In this document: in pieces, positions 12,801-24,800 of the stretch
How the letters are laid out: each line of letters starts with the position of its first letter
How positions within the stretch are numbered: position 1 is the stretch's first letter
Assembly: GCA_002633005.1 (NCBI GenBank)
Contig: NMRA01000385.1
Coordinates: 251,839-315,838 of the forward strand
From: Phoronis australis
Taxonomy: Eukaryota > Animalia > Phoronida
Direction: 5' to 3'
Length of the DNA: 64,000 bases
The notes under the pieces: generated by a model
Database searches by the model: none
What the model was told of the DNA's origin: nothing
Seen by the model: the letters and a program-made list of their open reading frames with translations, nothing else
Position numbers and translations under genes: made by a program

Positions 12801-15800
12801 NNNNNNNNNNNNNNNNNNNNNNNNNNNNNNNNNNNNNNNNNNNNNNNNNNNNNNNNNNNNNNNNNNNNNNNNNNNNNNNNNNNNNNNNNNNNNNNNNNNN
12901 NNNNNNNNNNNNNNNNNNNNNNNNNNNNNNNNNNNNNNNNNNNNNNNNNNNNNNNNNNNNNNNNNNNNNNNNNNNNNNNNNNNNNNNNNNNNNNNNNNNN
13001 NNNNNNNNNNNNNNNNNNNNNNNNNNNNNNNNNNNNNNNNNNNNNNNNNNNNNNNNNNNNNNNNNNNNNCCTTGTATATAAGCTCCGCCCCAGTTGTCAA
13101 TCACTGAGCTGGTGAGCACTCAAGCCATATGACTTACTGAGGCTTGGTCAAATATAGCTAAAAAAACAACTTTGGATTTTCAGAATGATTTTATTTTTCT
13201 TCAGTATACTGTGCATCAAGAATTAAAGATTAGGATGATGTGAAAATGTTAAAAACAGTCAAAATTAATTTTTTTGTGTATCCACCTACCTTAAGACATT
13301 TTCGCCATGTTTGTGGTAGATGCAACAACACATCACTCAATTACACTGTGTAACATTTTGTCTATCCACGGGAGAAGGCCCTTGCCAGAAATTGGCACAA
13401 ATTTGTGAGTGATACTAGAGTATGAGACAAGTCAGTCAAAGACTTACCATGCTTGCCATTTCCTTGGTTTAATTGTAACAGTCGCTTTGCTTAGTCTTGC
13501 TTTGACGAGATCACCCAACCTGGGAATCGAACCAGCACCCCCTGATAAAACAGCAAGTGTCCTAACCATTTGGCTAATGGGCAAATGCTCGTTGGCGGGT
13601 GACTAAATTATGCGATTCAACGAATGTAGGTCACAATTTTTATCCCATGCGCATTGAATCAGTCGAGTCCAATTTGGCCATGTGATAATGTTTTCCGTAT
13701 TCGCCTCACGTACTACTTCAACAATGCCCTCTGACATGGAAAGTTCAAAAGGTAGGTCAATGTCAGCTAGACATCATTGGCCGGTTCGATCATCAAACTT
13801 TCTCAAAATAGTTTGAAGTAACAATTGCAGCAGTATAAATAACACTCAACATGCAATCTTGTCCCAAACGTAACAACTGGTACAAAACTGTTCATTATAT
13901 GACACTTCTGTCTCAGTTTTCAATTGCTAAATATTATATTGTCTGCAACTCATGTGCCCATTCCTTGGTAACTACAATATGTTGTATTTTAACTAGTGTC
14001 GGGGAATGTTACAAGTTCAATGCACAATTACCGTTTGTTTTCATCTTTGCTATCTCTTTTCCAGTAATAAATCCTTACATTTTAAAACTGTTTCTTTTAC
14101 TGGAGAAAACTTGTAACCTAATGTGCATGTACATTTGTGTAGGATGTGATCTGCCACATGAACAGTGAAGTATTTAAAAAATTCAGCCGGAAAAATGAAT
14201 AGGAATTTGAAGCATATGGTATAAATACAATGTGTACCTCGATTGGCGAAGATAAAGTAATGTCCCACGAGACATCATTCTGCCACTCTCAGTATGTTTT
14301 GTGTATTTATCACGCTGCTGCATCATGCACAGGTCCGAGTTATTGATAATTTTTCATAATGTGGAATTGTCGTGAGGACTTGACTAAGACCTTGGGGGTC
14401 TCACGCTCCACCGTCTTTTCTACACTAATTTGAAATTTCTTTGTCCAGTCACACATTGTGGGTCATAAATCAAGATAATGCAAGTCATGTTTCTTCAGAG
14501 AGCTGTTATCACCAAACCATCAGCTTCGCGGGCAATAAAATGTAATCAGCCGAATGGATTTGCGATCCCAGACTGTCCAGAGTTGCCCCACTGACAACTC
14601 CAGATGGTCTCTCACGAGGATTTAATGTTATGTAATCAGAAAGCACAGATTTTTTTCTGTAGTAAGGGTTGTATATTTCATTTGACATTGGGAATTGTAA
14701 ATATTTGATAAACATTATATAGGGATCTTAATAGTATGCTAATGTATTTGAAAATGGTGTTGAGTAACACTTTCTTTGGGGGACCTGATCTAATTATGCA
14801 CCATCAGTATTGCACAGGCTATGGTGTGGCTTTGGTGCTTTGGATGGTGTTTGTTTTATCCGTTATCAGTGCCATTCATCAGTTGACTGAAGGTTTATTG
14901 TGTACCAGTCAGGAGAGTGTTGTAAACATTGTGACTTTTACAGGTATTATGTACGCATGGGTTCTACTTTTACAGGTATTATGTACGCATGGGTTCTACT
15001 TTTACAGGTATTATGTACGCATGGGTTCTACTCCTGGTGGTTACGATCTCACCAATAATACTGACATTGTGCTTAGCTACCGACAAAAGACCTATTGCCA
15101 CACGGGACTCAGTCTCACCCACAATTCTGTGTACTACACCATGGTGACAGCCTCCAACAGAGGTCTTATACCCAAATACGTCAATGGCAGCTCTGATGGT
15201 GGTAAGTTGATTTATGCAAAAATCAACTGGAGACATAAATTGCACAATACTTCTCTTGGAGTCGCTTTGCTGACAGCATAACCAAAAGCATACTTAACAT
15301 ATACAGTCACAATGAATTCTTTTGAATGACTAGAATGCAACTTCGGGAATCAGTGATTTGTAATAAGATCACATTGAACAATTTTAATACCGAATTTTTG
15401 CTGTATTGTAGCTGTGGTCAAAGCTAATAATTTGAGGCATTCCATTCTACCTCTGCAGCATCTCTAAATGTTTTTTTCTTCCCTAATACCGATGGTTCAA
15501 ATTTGGTAGCCAGGCACAATAGTTTTGTTCAATAGACTGTACCCTGCCTGCCAAGAAGAGAATATAATTGCTGGGTGAACCTTGGGTACTGGAACACATA
15601 CTGGATAAGGCTAACATTGATTGTCACAACATTTTAAGACGAATGCAGTGCCATCTGGTGTTATTCCTTGAGTATGTCTGATTGATATAGTTACTTAGTT
15701 TGGCACTCAGGTTTGAATAAATAAATGTGTATGAGTTGGATTCATGATTTTCATAACCTGTTATTTTGGGGATGCTTTTTTAAGCTGAAATTCAGTCGTT

Positions 15801-18800
15801 GTGTTATGTAAGAGGACCAGGGATGTTTGACTCAATTTCTAACAGGTTGAACAACTGGATGTTTGGATATTATTGTAGGAGGTTTTGATTACATTCAAAT
15901 CCATCTGATTGCCACCATAATAATATTCCTTTTTTTTTGGATAGTTTGGCTTCCCATATTTTTGCTGAAAATGTACTACAGAGTAGGATGGTGGATCATG
16001 TCCAAATGGAAGTAGGCCCTACTGTGCAGTGGCAGATCTACGATTTCAGTAAGGGGGGGTTTAGGATTCTAAAGAATCCGAGGCGCGTAGCGCCGAGGAG
16101 AAGGAAGGTCGCGAGAGGGTTTCCCTCCTCCCGTGTAAGATTTTTGGGGATTTTTAGTAGCTAATTTCGTTTTTCTGGCGATTTTTTTCCAGTTTTTATT
16201 TTTGATCCTGTCCCGAGGGGGGGGTTTAAACCCCCTGAACCCCCCTGTAGATCCGCCTCTGCTGTGTAGGTTACAAACATGTTCACACAGTAGCAGCTTG
16301 TGGACAGCTGCAGCAAGTTATTGGAATATTGGATGCGATTGCTCGTGTTACATTGTGCTTAATTAAATGTGCTTGTTGTTCCAGTGAAAGTTGATCTAAC
16401 CCCTCCAGTTCAAGGCAATGTAACAGATAGCAGATTTGGATTGGCTGACCTCAAGTACAGCAGTGATGTTGCTGCTATCATGGCACAATGGGATGGTATG
16501 TGTGGATGTTTCTTTGTATTAATTGTAGTCCGGACTTTTTTTAATATTTAAGAGTAAGCCGTGACAGAATATTTTGATTTGTTTCAAAGTTGAAGAAACA
16601 AAGACAAAATGTAAAACATTCTGCTGGTTTGGTCTAACTGGTTTATGTCTACCAAAGCTGCAACCTCAGCTTTATCGCTAGATGGCGTTACCGCATGGTG
16701 GATGATCTTCAACATCACGTACAGTTCACCAGTTCTGTAACTGAAATGGAGATTTATAAAGGCAATTGGGTTTCACAGCAATTGTAACATGAGGGCTTAA
16801 TGAAATTAAAAGTGTGCTTCCATTGATCAGAGTGTGGCTGACATTGGTTTTTGGATGAATGTAGATACTGCTATGTGCCTCAAAGGGAGAGTTTTGTTTT
16901 TGCACCTGTATCGATATCTTCCAAATTTGACGTGGAAGTTGACAAATATGGTTCTAGTGAGATAAGTTAGGCTAATGGAGATATTCGGACTAATCCAACT
17001 TCTGCCATGTCTCCTACAGGCTCTTTTATTTTTCTGCTCTCGTCATTTTTTAAAAAAATCAACGTGGTTGTGATTTTCTCTGTTGTTGTCTGAGGTAATA
17101 TTATTGATAATCCGCTTGAAGAAGTTTTTGCAATCCTTATTCTGTGGAGTTATCTAATTTGTTGTGCAGTGGGATACTCCATTCATGTGAAAAGTAACTT
17201 TGCAAAATATCTTAACAAGAAAATCACATTTTGTCTTTTTCAACGTAAGCTCATATTGCACTGCAGCATTTGTGATATTTGTGTGTAAGTCAAGGGAATG
17301 TCTTTTCCATGCACTACTTAAGAGTTATTATAATGGCGTATGTTTGCCATCGTTTCTCATTTCTAGTCATGAAAACTTCCTGATTGAGACATACAATTTC
17401 GATTTTCAGGTTTCAGCGATCCAGAGTCCAACATCACAAAGTATAATCTTGATGTCTTTGTGAATGGTGTGCTACTGGAGGCCTTCCCCGGTAGGCCAAA
17501 AACTGAGCGACGGTTTGAGGAACACCATTTTGCGCTAAAGAATTCTGACCAGGTCACAGTTAAGGTGACAGCTGAAAATGGTGCTAGAGCAACCACTTCC
17601 GCTGTCTCTAATGGTTACAAAATTGACTTAACCCCACCTACTCTCGTTAGTATCACGGACACTGACAACCCTGGTGGCAGGTAAAAAATATTGAAGGTTT
17701 TTGCATTCTGACTGTCGAAATCATGTTGTGTGGTTTATTGTACATGGTAATTGTTAATGATCTTATCAGGAATGCAATACTTTAAATGTGCCGTGTTTAT
17801 TTGGCTTGATCCAGCTGTGTTGTGTGAAATCTATCTTGCAAGTACACTGCTTGTGATCTTACCGAATGTATGAAAACCAATGGCTGCAGTTCAAAGCTGC
17901 ATAGTGAAACTGCTCTCAGACAGGAATAATTTATTGCCTGGGGCCAGGCTCAACACATTTTCTCGATCTCATGGCAGGTCATTCATTTTATGCACTGAGC
18001 ATTGTCTCAAACATTATTGAACTGGCAGCTTAGCAATTCTTTTCAATCCCAGGAACTGTTTCTCATTTGAGTGTAAGGAACAAGTTGAGGCCCGCTTTAT
18101 AGCAGAAAGTGCTGCAGATCAAAATAGTTTCTTTCGTGTGTCGCAGGTTTGTACTTGTTTTCAAGCGAGAATGACTGGCTTATCTGAGGACTGGTGAATT
18201 AGGGTTAACTGGTGTTATGCAGATGCTCACAATGATTTCTCACTGTGAATTTTTCCAACAGAAAGGCATTATTGAATTGATCTCATTAGGAATTACTGCT
18301 GAGGATCAAATATCTAGTTTTTCTAAAATGCATACTTCTAAACCTTTGTTACGTCTATGATAAGCCCACTTTTGATTTAGACCACTGACCACTATGAATT
18401 TGATTTCAATTACATTGTTCCTTTCTAAGGTGAGTAGTGATTTCTGGGTTAGCAAATAATTATTGAGACTGTACCCAGTGCTTAAAATGACATACTGTGA
18501 TGAACCAAGTTGTAGAAGCTTTGTCATTTCCTTCGAAGCCTTTAGAAATCACTTCTAACTTGAATATGAAATCAAGTGCAATTTCATAGCAGTAACAGGT
18601 CTAAATCAAAAGTTGCTTTTTTGATGGAAGGCTGGTTTTACAGCATTGCTTTTGTTTAATGAGTGCAGTTACTTGTATTAACCAAAAGATTTCTTTTGAT
18701 ACAGTTATCAAAAGTACGATGACAGACTTTTGCTCTCATGGGAGTATGTGGATGTGGAATCAGGAATTGCAGAGTACAGATACAGTGTGTCACAGCTGTT

Positions 18801-21800
18801 CAATGGAGTCACCGAACAGGTACTGTACAGGTACACTGTATTCACTCATGAGTAGGGTTATTTTTCTTACCGTATATGCATTTTGTATCATCTATGCTTT
18901 AAAATTTCTGGTATCAAATGTGATGGCTATAAAACAGCAAGTTGGTATCTCTAGCTCAAAGGGTTAATCTAGTTGGAAATATGTACCAAATTCTTAATCT
19001 AAGTAATATTTAGTATTAAATAAATTGAATGTTTTCCTCTTTTCTGTTATCAAACTAAAAGCCTTTTTGAGCATAATTTTGTACCTTGGCTGAGATCAGA
19101 AATTTCAATCTATTTCCTTTACCTGAGTTTAAGGAACAATCCCTTTACCATCCCATTTTGTCTTGACAAGGGGCTTTTTCAGTGTTTTTGGGATGAAGAG
19201 CGTTTCCGGATCATGACTTTATAGGAATGCACCCCTGCTTGATACTTTCTGAGGCAAGTAAATGATTTTAGGTTCATCCGTTGGTTGGTACTTATGCCAA
19301 TGAGCCTGTTGGTAATGGATTCATCAGGAAGAACCTTACTATGGCCTTGACTAATGGCGCACAGTACTGCTTCAAGGTGATTGCGATCAACGGAGCACGT
19401 TTGTTCACCCAGCATACTTCACCATGCGTGGTCATTGATGTCACTCCGCCTTCAATGAGAAAGGTAAGGTATTGTTACTGTGGGGGCGCGACCCTATCCA
19501 CTGTGTCAGTGAGTTAGCCACAGGTAATCTGACATAGTGTGTATCAGTAAAGAAGAGTTTGTGGTTAATTAAAGGCATTCAACATGACTTCTTTTTATGC
19601 GTGTTTGAATTGTAATATCACAGGTGCACGTGGGATTACTGGGGGAAGATGAAGAGCTTGATCCCGCTGATCCAAGCAACCCAACAGTTCTACACATCGG
19701 CTCTGAGGGACTCAATGCCTACTGGAGTGGGTTTGACTTCCAGAGTGGTATCTCCAAGTACTTTGTGGCGATTGGGACGACCTCTGGTGGCGATCAAGTA
19801 GTAGCCTGGAAAGACATGGGAATGGAGAACACAGGACTGTTTGCTGATCTGGGATTGCAGGTAAACTGGACTTTAATTTTTATGTCCTTGCAAGAACTTG
19901 TACGACTGTGGATTAGGTCATTTATTTAATTTTGTTTGTTCACACAATACTGATGCAATTTCTGTTGCACAACATGGGTAAGATACTTATTGGATAAATC
20001 AGAAAAAATGACTTGATCTATCCCAAATTGGTTATATATAGATAAACAAAGTTATTTACATTGAGTTGAATTATATGATACAAGAAAGTTGACAAATGTT
20101 TGTCAAAGTCATCTACTAACAAAGTATTTTCATTGAATTAATGAATGATTTCGTGAAGAACATCAGAGTCAAGAGGGTTATCATTCAAACTCATTATTTT
20201 CGACTATCGCAATTCGTAATGAATAAAATATTTAATTCCGTAAATAAGGCATTCTTTCCGGACTGAAGAATTTGCCAAACCTGATTGAATAACTTGGTTT
20301 ATTGATCAGATTCCTGTGTTTAGTGCTGACTTATCAGGCCTGTAAGAATTGGGGGTGCACATACCAAATTGACGTCGTCCAACCTTTGCCCCCCCTCCTA
20401 TGCTGTAACTTCCACCACCTCCCATTCTTTGGATGCCGCCCTTTTTGTACACACATGCCCACCATAGGTGAGTGACAAACCTCAGGTAGCTAGTCATAAG
20501 AACTTGAGTTGCTATTGCAACAAAATTTCACGGATAGTGAGAATGAGGCCTATGGGCTGGGAGCTGGACTGTCTGTCTCAGGTGCAGTAAAGCTGACAAC
20601 TCACGCTAACTGAAGGTATTAAAATACAGATTAGATGAACCAGGATTAGATGAACCAGGTAACCCACTGAACAGCTCGAACATGATTCACTTGAAACAGG
20701 CCACTCACCTGGTACCTATTCGTCCACTTTGGCATTAAGGCCAGGAATAATTTTACTAAAATGGTTCAGTTAGTTTTAGAAAAGTTGCTTTTATTGGGGT
20801 CATGCGTTGAATATAAGTTCTGAAAAGGTGTGGTTCTGGGGTCTGTGGTACACTGCCTTTGGGGCTGTTTCAAAATTCCTTGTTCAAACACTGTTTCTCA
20901 TGTGGAGAATTTCTGGCTTACACTTGTTACTGTTGTGAGTCCCTAAGCTCCAGACAACTTTAAGGATGGGTATTCAGCACACCCTTTGTATTGATGTAGA
21001 TCTGAGCTAATAATGTGGAAGGTAATAGCACTACTTTCTTAACAATGGTGGTTTTTATTACACCCAAATAGGTTTTCTCTGGTATTTGCACAGAGTTAAA
21101 GCCTGCAATGTGGAGAGTAGTTTTAACTTGGTAAATTTTGAATATTTCAAAAAAACTAAAACGTTAATTTGCTTTGAACTTGACAAACGACCATTTCCCA
21201 ATGGAAAGTTGGTTTTAAATATGTTTCACACCTGTTTTCATTACTTTATATTCAAATCTCCTGTCTACATTTTTCTTACTGGTCAGGGTTGCTATCTTCT
21301 TATTTTGTTTTTAAACAAAGTATCAAAACAACTTAGAAGTCAGATAATTGTAAACCTATCCCTGACCTGACTTTTCCAGATTATAGCTACACCATGTCGC
21401 AGCAAACAAAATTACACCTGTCATTACTTCAAGTTCAATGTTTATTAGAACTCAAATCGTAAAATATACAAAAATGCAAACATGGTGGTAGCAAAACTGA
21501 AGATTTGGAACCTCTGGACAATTTCGGTTGCAGTAACTATTAACTAGCCTTTCCTCAGTCATAAAAAATGAAATCACAGCTCTTGCCCACCGTCCAACCT
21601 CATCCACTGCTTGCAGTCTCTCTCGTTGACTATAAAGCTATCTGTCTTCTTGTGTAAAAACACATGGTCCATTACAAATACAATCTAACTATCGAAATTA
21701 GCACATTTCCGCGAATATCAATGATCCGTTTAGTGCACTACTTCTCGAGTAAAGTAGTTCGGCATGCCCTAGACCATAAGTGATGTTTTAAAACTTATTG

Positions 21801-24800
21801 ACATCTAATTTTATTGGTCACTGTGTGTTGTTTGTAGATGTTTCAATGTAGCTTAGTTGTATATTAAAAGAATAATCCACATGGTATTGTTAACTCTGAT
21901 CAGTGTTATTTGTAAATCCGCCGAGTATATCAATACGCACAGTCGTTTATCTTCAATCGTACCCAACGTTCATAGTTTTTAGCTTAATAGTTCATCTATT
22001 TTTAAAAATCGAAAACCATCTGAATACCGCTGTGGTATTTGTTTTTAACGAAAGCTGTTGGTTAATGCATTTTGAAAATTCGCCAGTATGTACAGGCAGA
22101 GATGTTTACTACAGTTTATGGCCAGGTAATTGCACTTAATTGGGTGTGCTCGTACCGGACAAAGTGGTCATCGCAACTGAGTCCGACTATGGCGCCGCTT
22201 AGGAGGATGAGTGATGAAAAGTCACGCATATCTTTAGAAAAGCGTGACTTTCGTGTAAGCGCATTATTCACGGCATGTGGTGGCTGAGGACAAATGATAA
22301 ACAGCGTGTACCAAAATGTTTTCATGCTTCAGTACAAAGCCAAGAGTTCTAATTCAGTGCATGTGGATTGGATTATGTGACCAGGCCTGCTGTATGGTTA
22401 CATCTTGTTTTAATAGTAGGTACGTGAACCATCACATGCTCTGAATATACATGGGACAGGTAAACAAATGACTCAGTTTCAGAACAAAAAATTATTATTC
22501 AATGCTGCTGGAAAACTAAGAAAACATCAAAGAATTGCAAAGATATTCAATCATCCCCACATTAAGGAGCAATGCGTATAATTCTTGCTCTTCTGTGAAT
22601 TTAAATCACTGAACTTGTTGGTGAATCAATGAAGAATGCATTTATTGACATTTGAATTGTGACTACATTTTTGGGACACCCTGTAGAAGTGTTCAAATTT
22701 CATCAATACCTCTGTTTCAAATGATGAGATAAAAATTGCCTTGTGTACTTTGCTATTTGGGTTTAGGATAGTAGAGATTTTCTCAACTTCAGCCTGCAGC
22801 TATATTCAACGAAGCATCATCAATTCTTGCAAGGTTAGCTTCTGTTTGTCAAAAAAGTCATCTGTGAATCAGTCAAATTTCTCTGATACATCAAAATATA
22901 AGTCAGAAGTCAACAAAGTCGTTGTTTATCAAAACAGAATATTATCATCATTTTCTCACAGATTCTATGCGGGCAATTAGGGGAACATGGGAGATGGGGC
23001 AGCCAGGGAACAAGAGAGACATGGACTGTTCCACAAAATTTTCCTAATTTATTTGATGTGTTAACGTAGATTTTGGTTTATTCAAGTGTTAGCTATTATG
23101 GTTTATGAAAATCTCTGAAATCTTAGTTTATGATTGGTAGTACATGTACAGTACTTTGAGTATACTCTAATTGTACCCTGACTGCTGTCTGTTCAGCATG
23201 TGCTAGTTGGTTACAAACAACTCTTTATGATGATCTTCAAATGAAATACTATTCTTATGATACTGTGGGAAAAGTATCGACATTTTATAGTTGTACAACC
23301 TGGGAATTATTCCCTTTGTATAATTCACGAACATTGGCCTTTAAGTTATTCAAACTTCCATCCCTTCAATACAATAACTTTTGGTTGTTTGCGCTGAATG
23401 TCATGATACTGCTGTGCTTTGTGTGTATTAGAAATCTTTTTTAACCTTGTGAATAGTCAACAGTGCCCAGAAAGGCAGAGCTAGGGGCAATTGCTTCGGT
23501 CCGCCTGTCTGAGAGAGGATATATTAATGTTAGGATAGATACATTGTATCATTAAAATATATGTAACTCTCCAACAAGTGACCTTCCATAACGTGAAAGT
23601 TTGTATGATTGTATTAAAACAGGAACATGGAAACAATGCTTTCCATTATTGGGACATGTCTCTCTGTAGGCTGCTTAAGAAGTTATCAATAAGAAAAATA
23701 CGCGTAGGATGGCTACATGGATGCCATCATTGGATACTTTCCAAGGGCTGGGCCCGTAAATACGAAAGGAAACCAGACATGAGCAGCAGTTGATGTTATT
23801 CGTCAGGTTCACAAGTTTTTATCAAGTGACTGAGTTTTGAGGAAAAAAAAGATAGTGACTCCATTATCCCTTGCCAGAGTGTTCCTGGGGAACTACACTT
23901 GTCTGATTCATTCTTCTAAAAGAGGTTATTTAATGAGACTGTGATCTTCCAGCCATTCAGCACCAGTAGCCTCTACTACTACATCAGTGTAAAGTGTGTG
24001 AATGGAGCTGGTGATGAATCCAGCGTGATGACATCCAATAGGATCAAAGTCTTGGCTGGCAACGAGCCTGGTGTGGTGTTTGACGGACGTGTCAAATATG
24101 ATGACGTCAGCTGGCAGGATGATGTCACTTCAGTCGCGATGTCCTTCAAGGGATTCAAGTCTGAAGCTTGCGGTATCATTGGTAAGATCAAGTGGTTGAT
24201 ATGAACTTGCAAGGATACCATTTCCAAACTACTTGAACATTTCTGAATGTCTCATCTCAGTCTAGTTGTATGTCTGTTTTGGCACAAATGACTTGAAACC
24301 AATCCTTGACACCATCTATTTTGTACTCGTGCCTTGAATGCCTTGCCAGTGACTACATGTCATTTGATTGCAAAGTTTACCAAGTTGAACCATATTTTGT
24401 CTTAAAACCTTGTCACTAACATGTAGCACTACGTTTTAGTTGTTTTTACTAAAATGTTATCTTTTTGATCAACTTATAATTAATTATTGCTGGATGTCTG
24501 TGTCTTCATTTTAGGTTATGACTGGGGTATTGGTAGTCAGGCGGGCTACACAGACCTTCAGCCATTCATGATGGAGGGTATTGTGATGGAGACTAACAAC
24601 ACGGGCTATGCACAGGCTAATCTTCACCTGACCAAGGAAAAGGTATTACCTGCTGATTTGTTGTAGTGTTAGAATTTCACCAATAAATTCATGTGCAGAA
24701 TAAGTGAAATATTTTCTCATTTTGCATGAAAATGTGTCACGTTTTTCCCCTTGTGTGGGTGGGCGCAGGTTGTAATTACAGACCGGTGCTGATAGCTTTT

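Noticed and set aside
12307-13119. 230-266 aa ORFs
   Set aside because: Composed of N-gap translations.
13514-13582. Functional tRNA gene (also 61556-61627)
   Set aside because: A and B boxes are present but no clean cloverleaf or anticodon arm; treated as SINE heads.
14934-15029. CRISPR-like array (also considered for 34570-35090 and 55121-55629)
   Set aside because: Head-to-tail repeats with no unique spacers, no cas genes, eukaryotic intron-exon context.
22661-22685. Tc1/mariner-like terminus ttttgggacaccctgta
   Set aside because: Lone end; no partner TIR found nearby.
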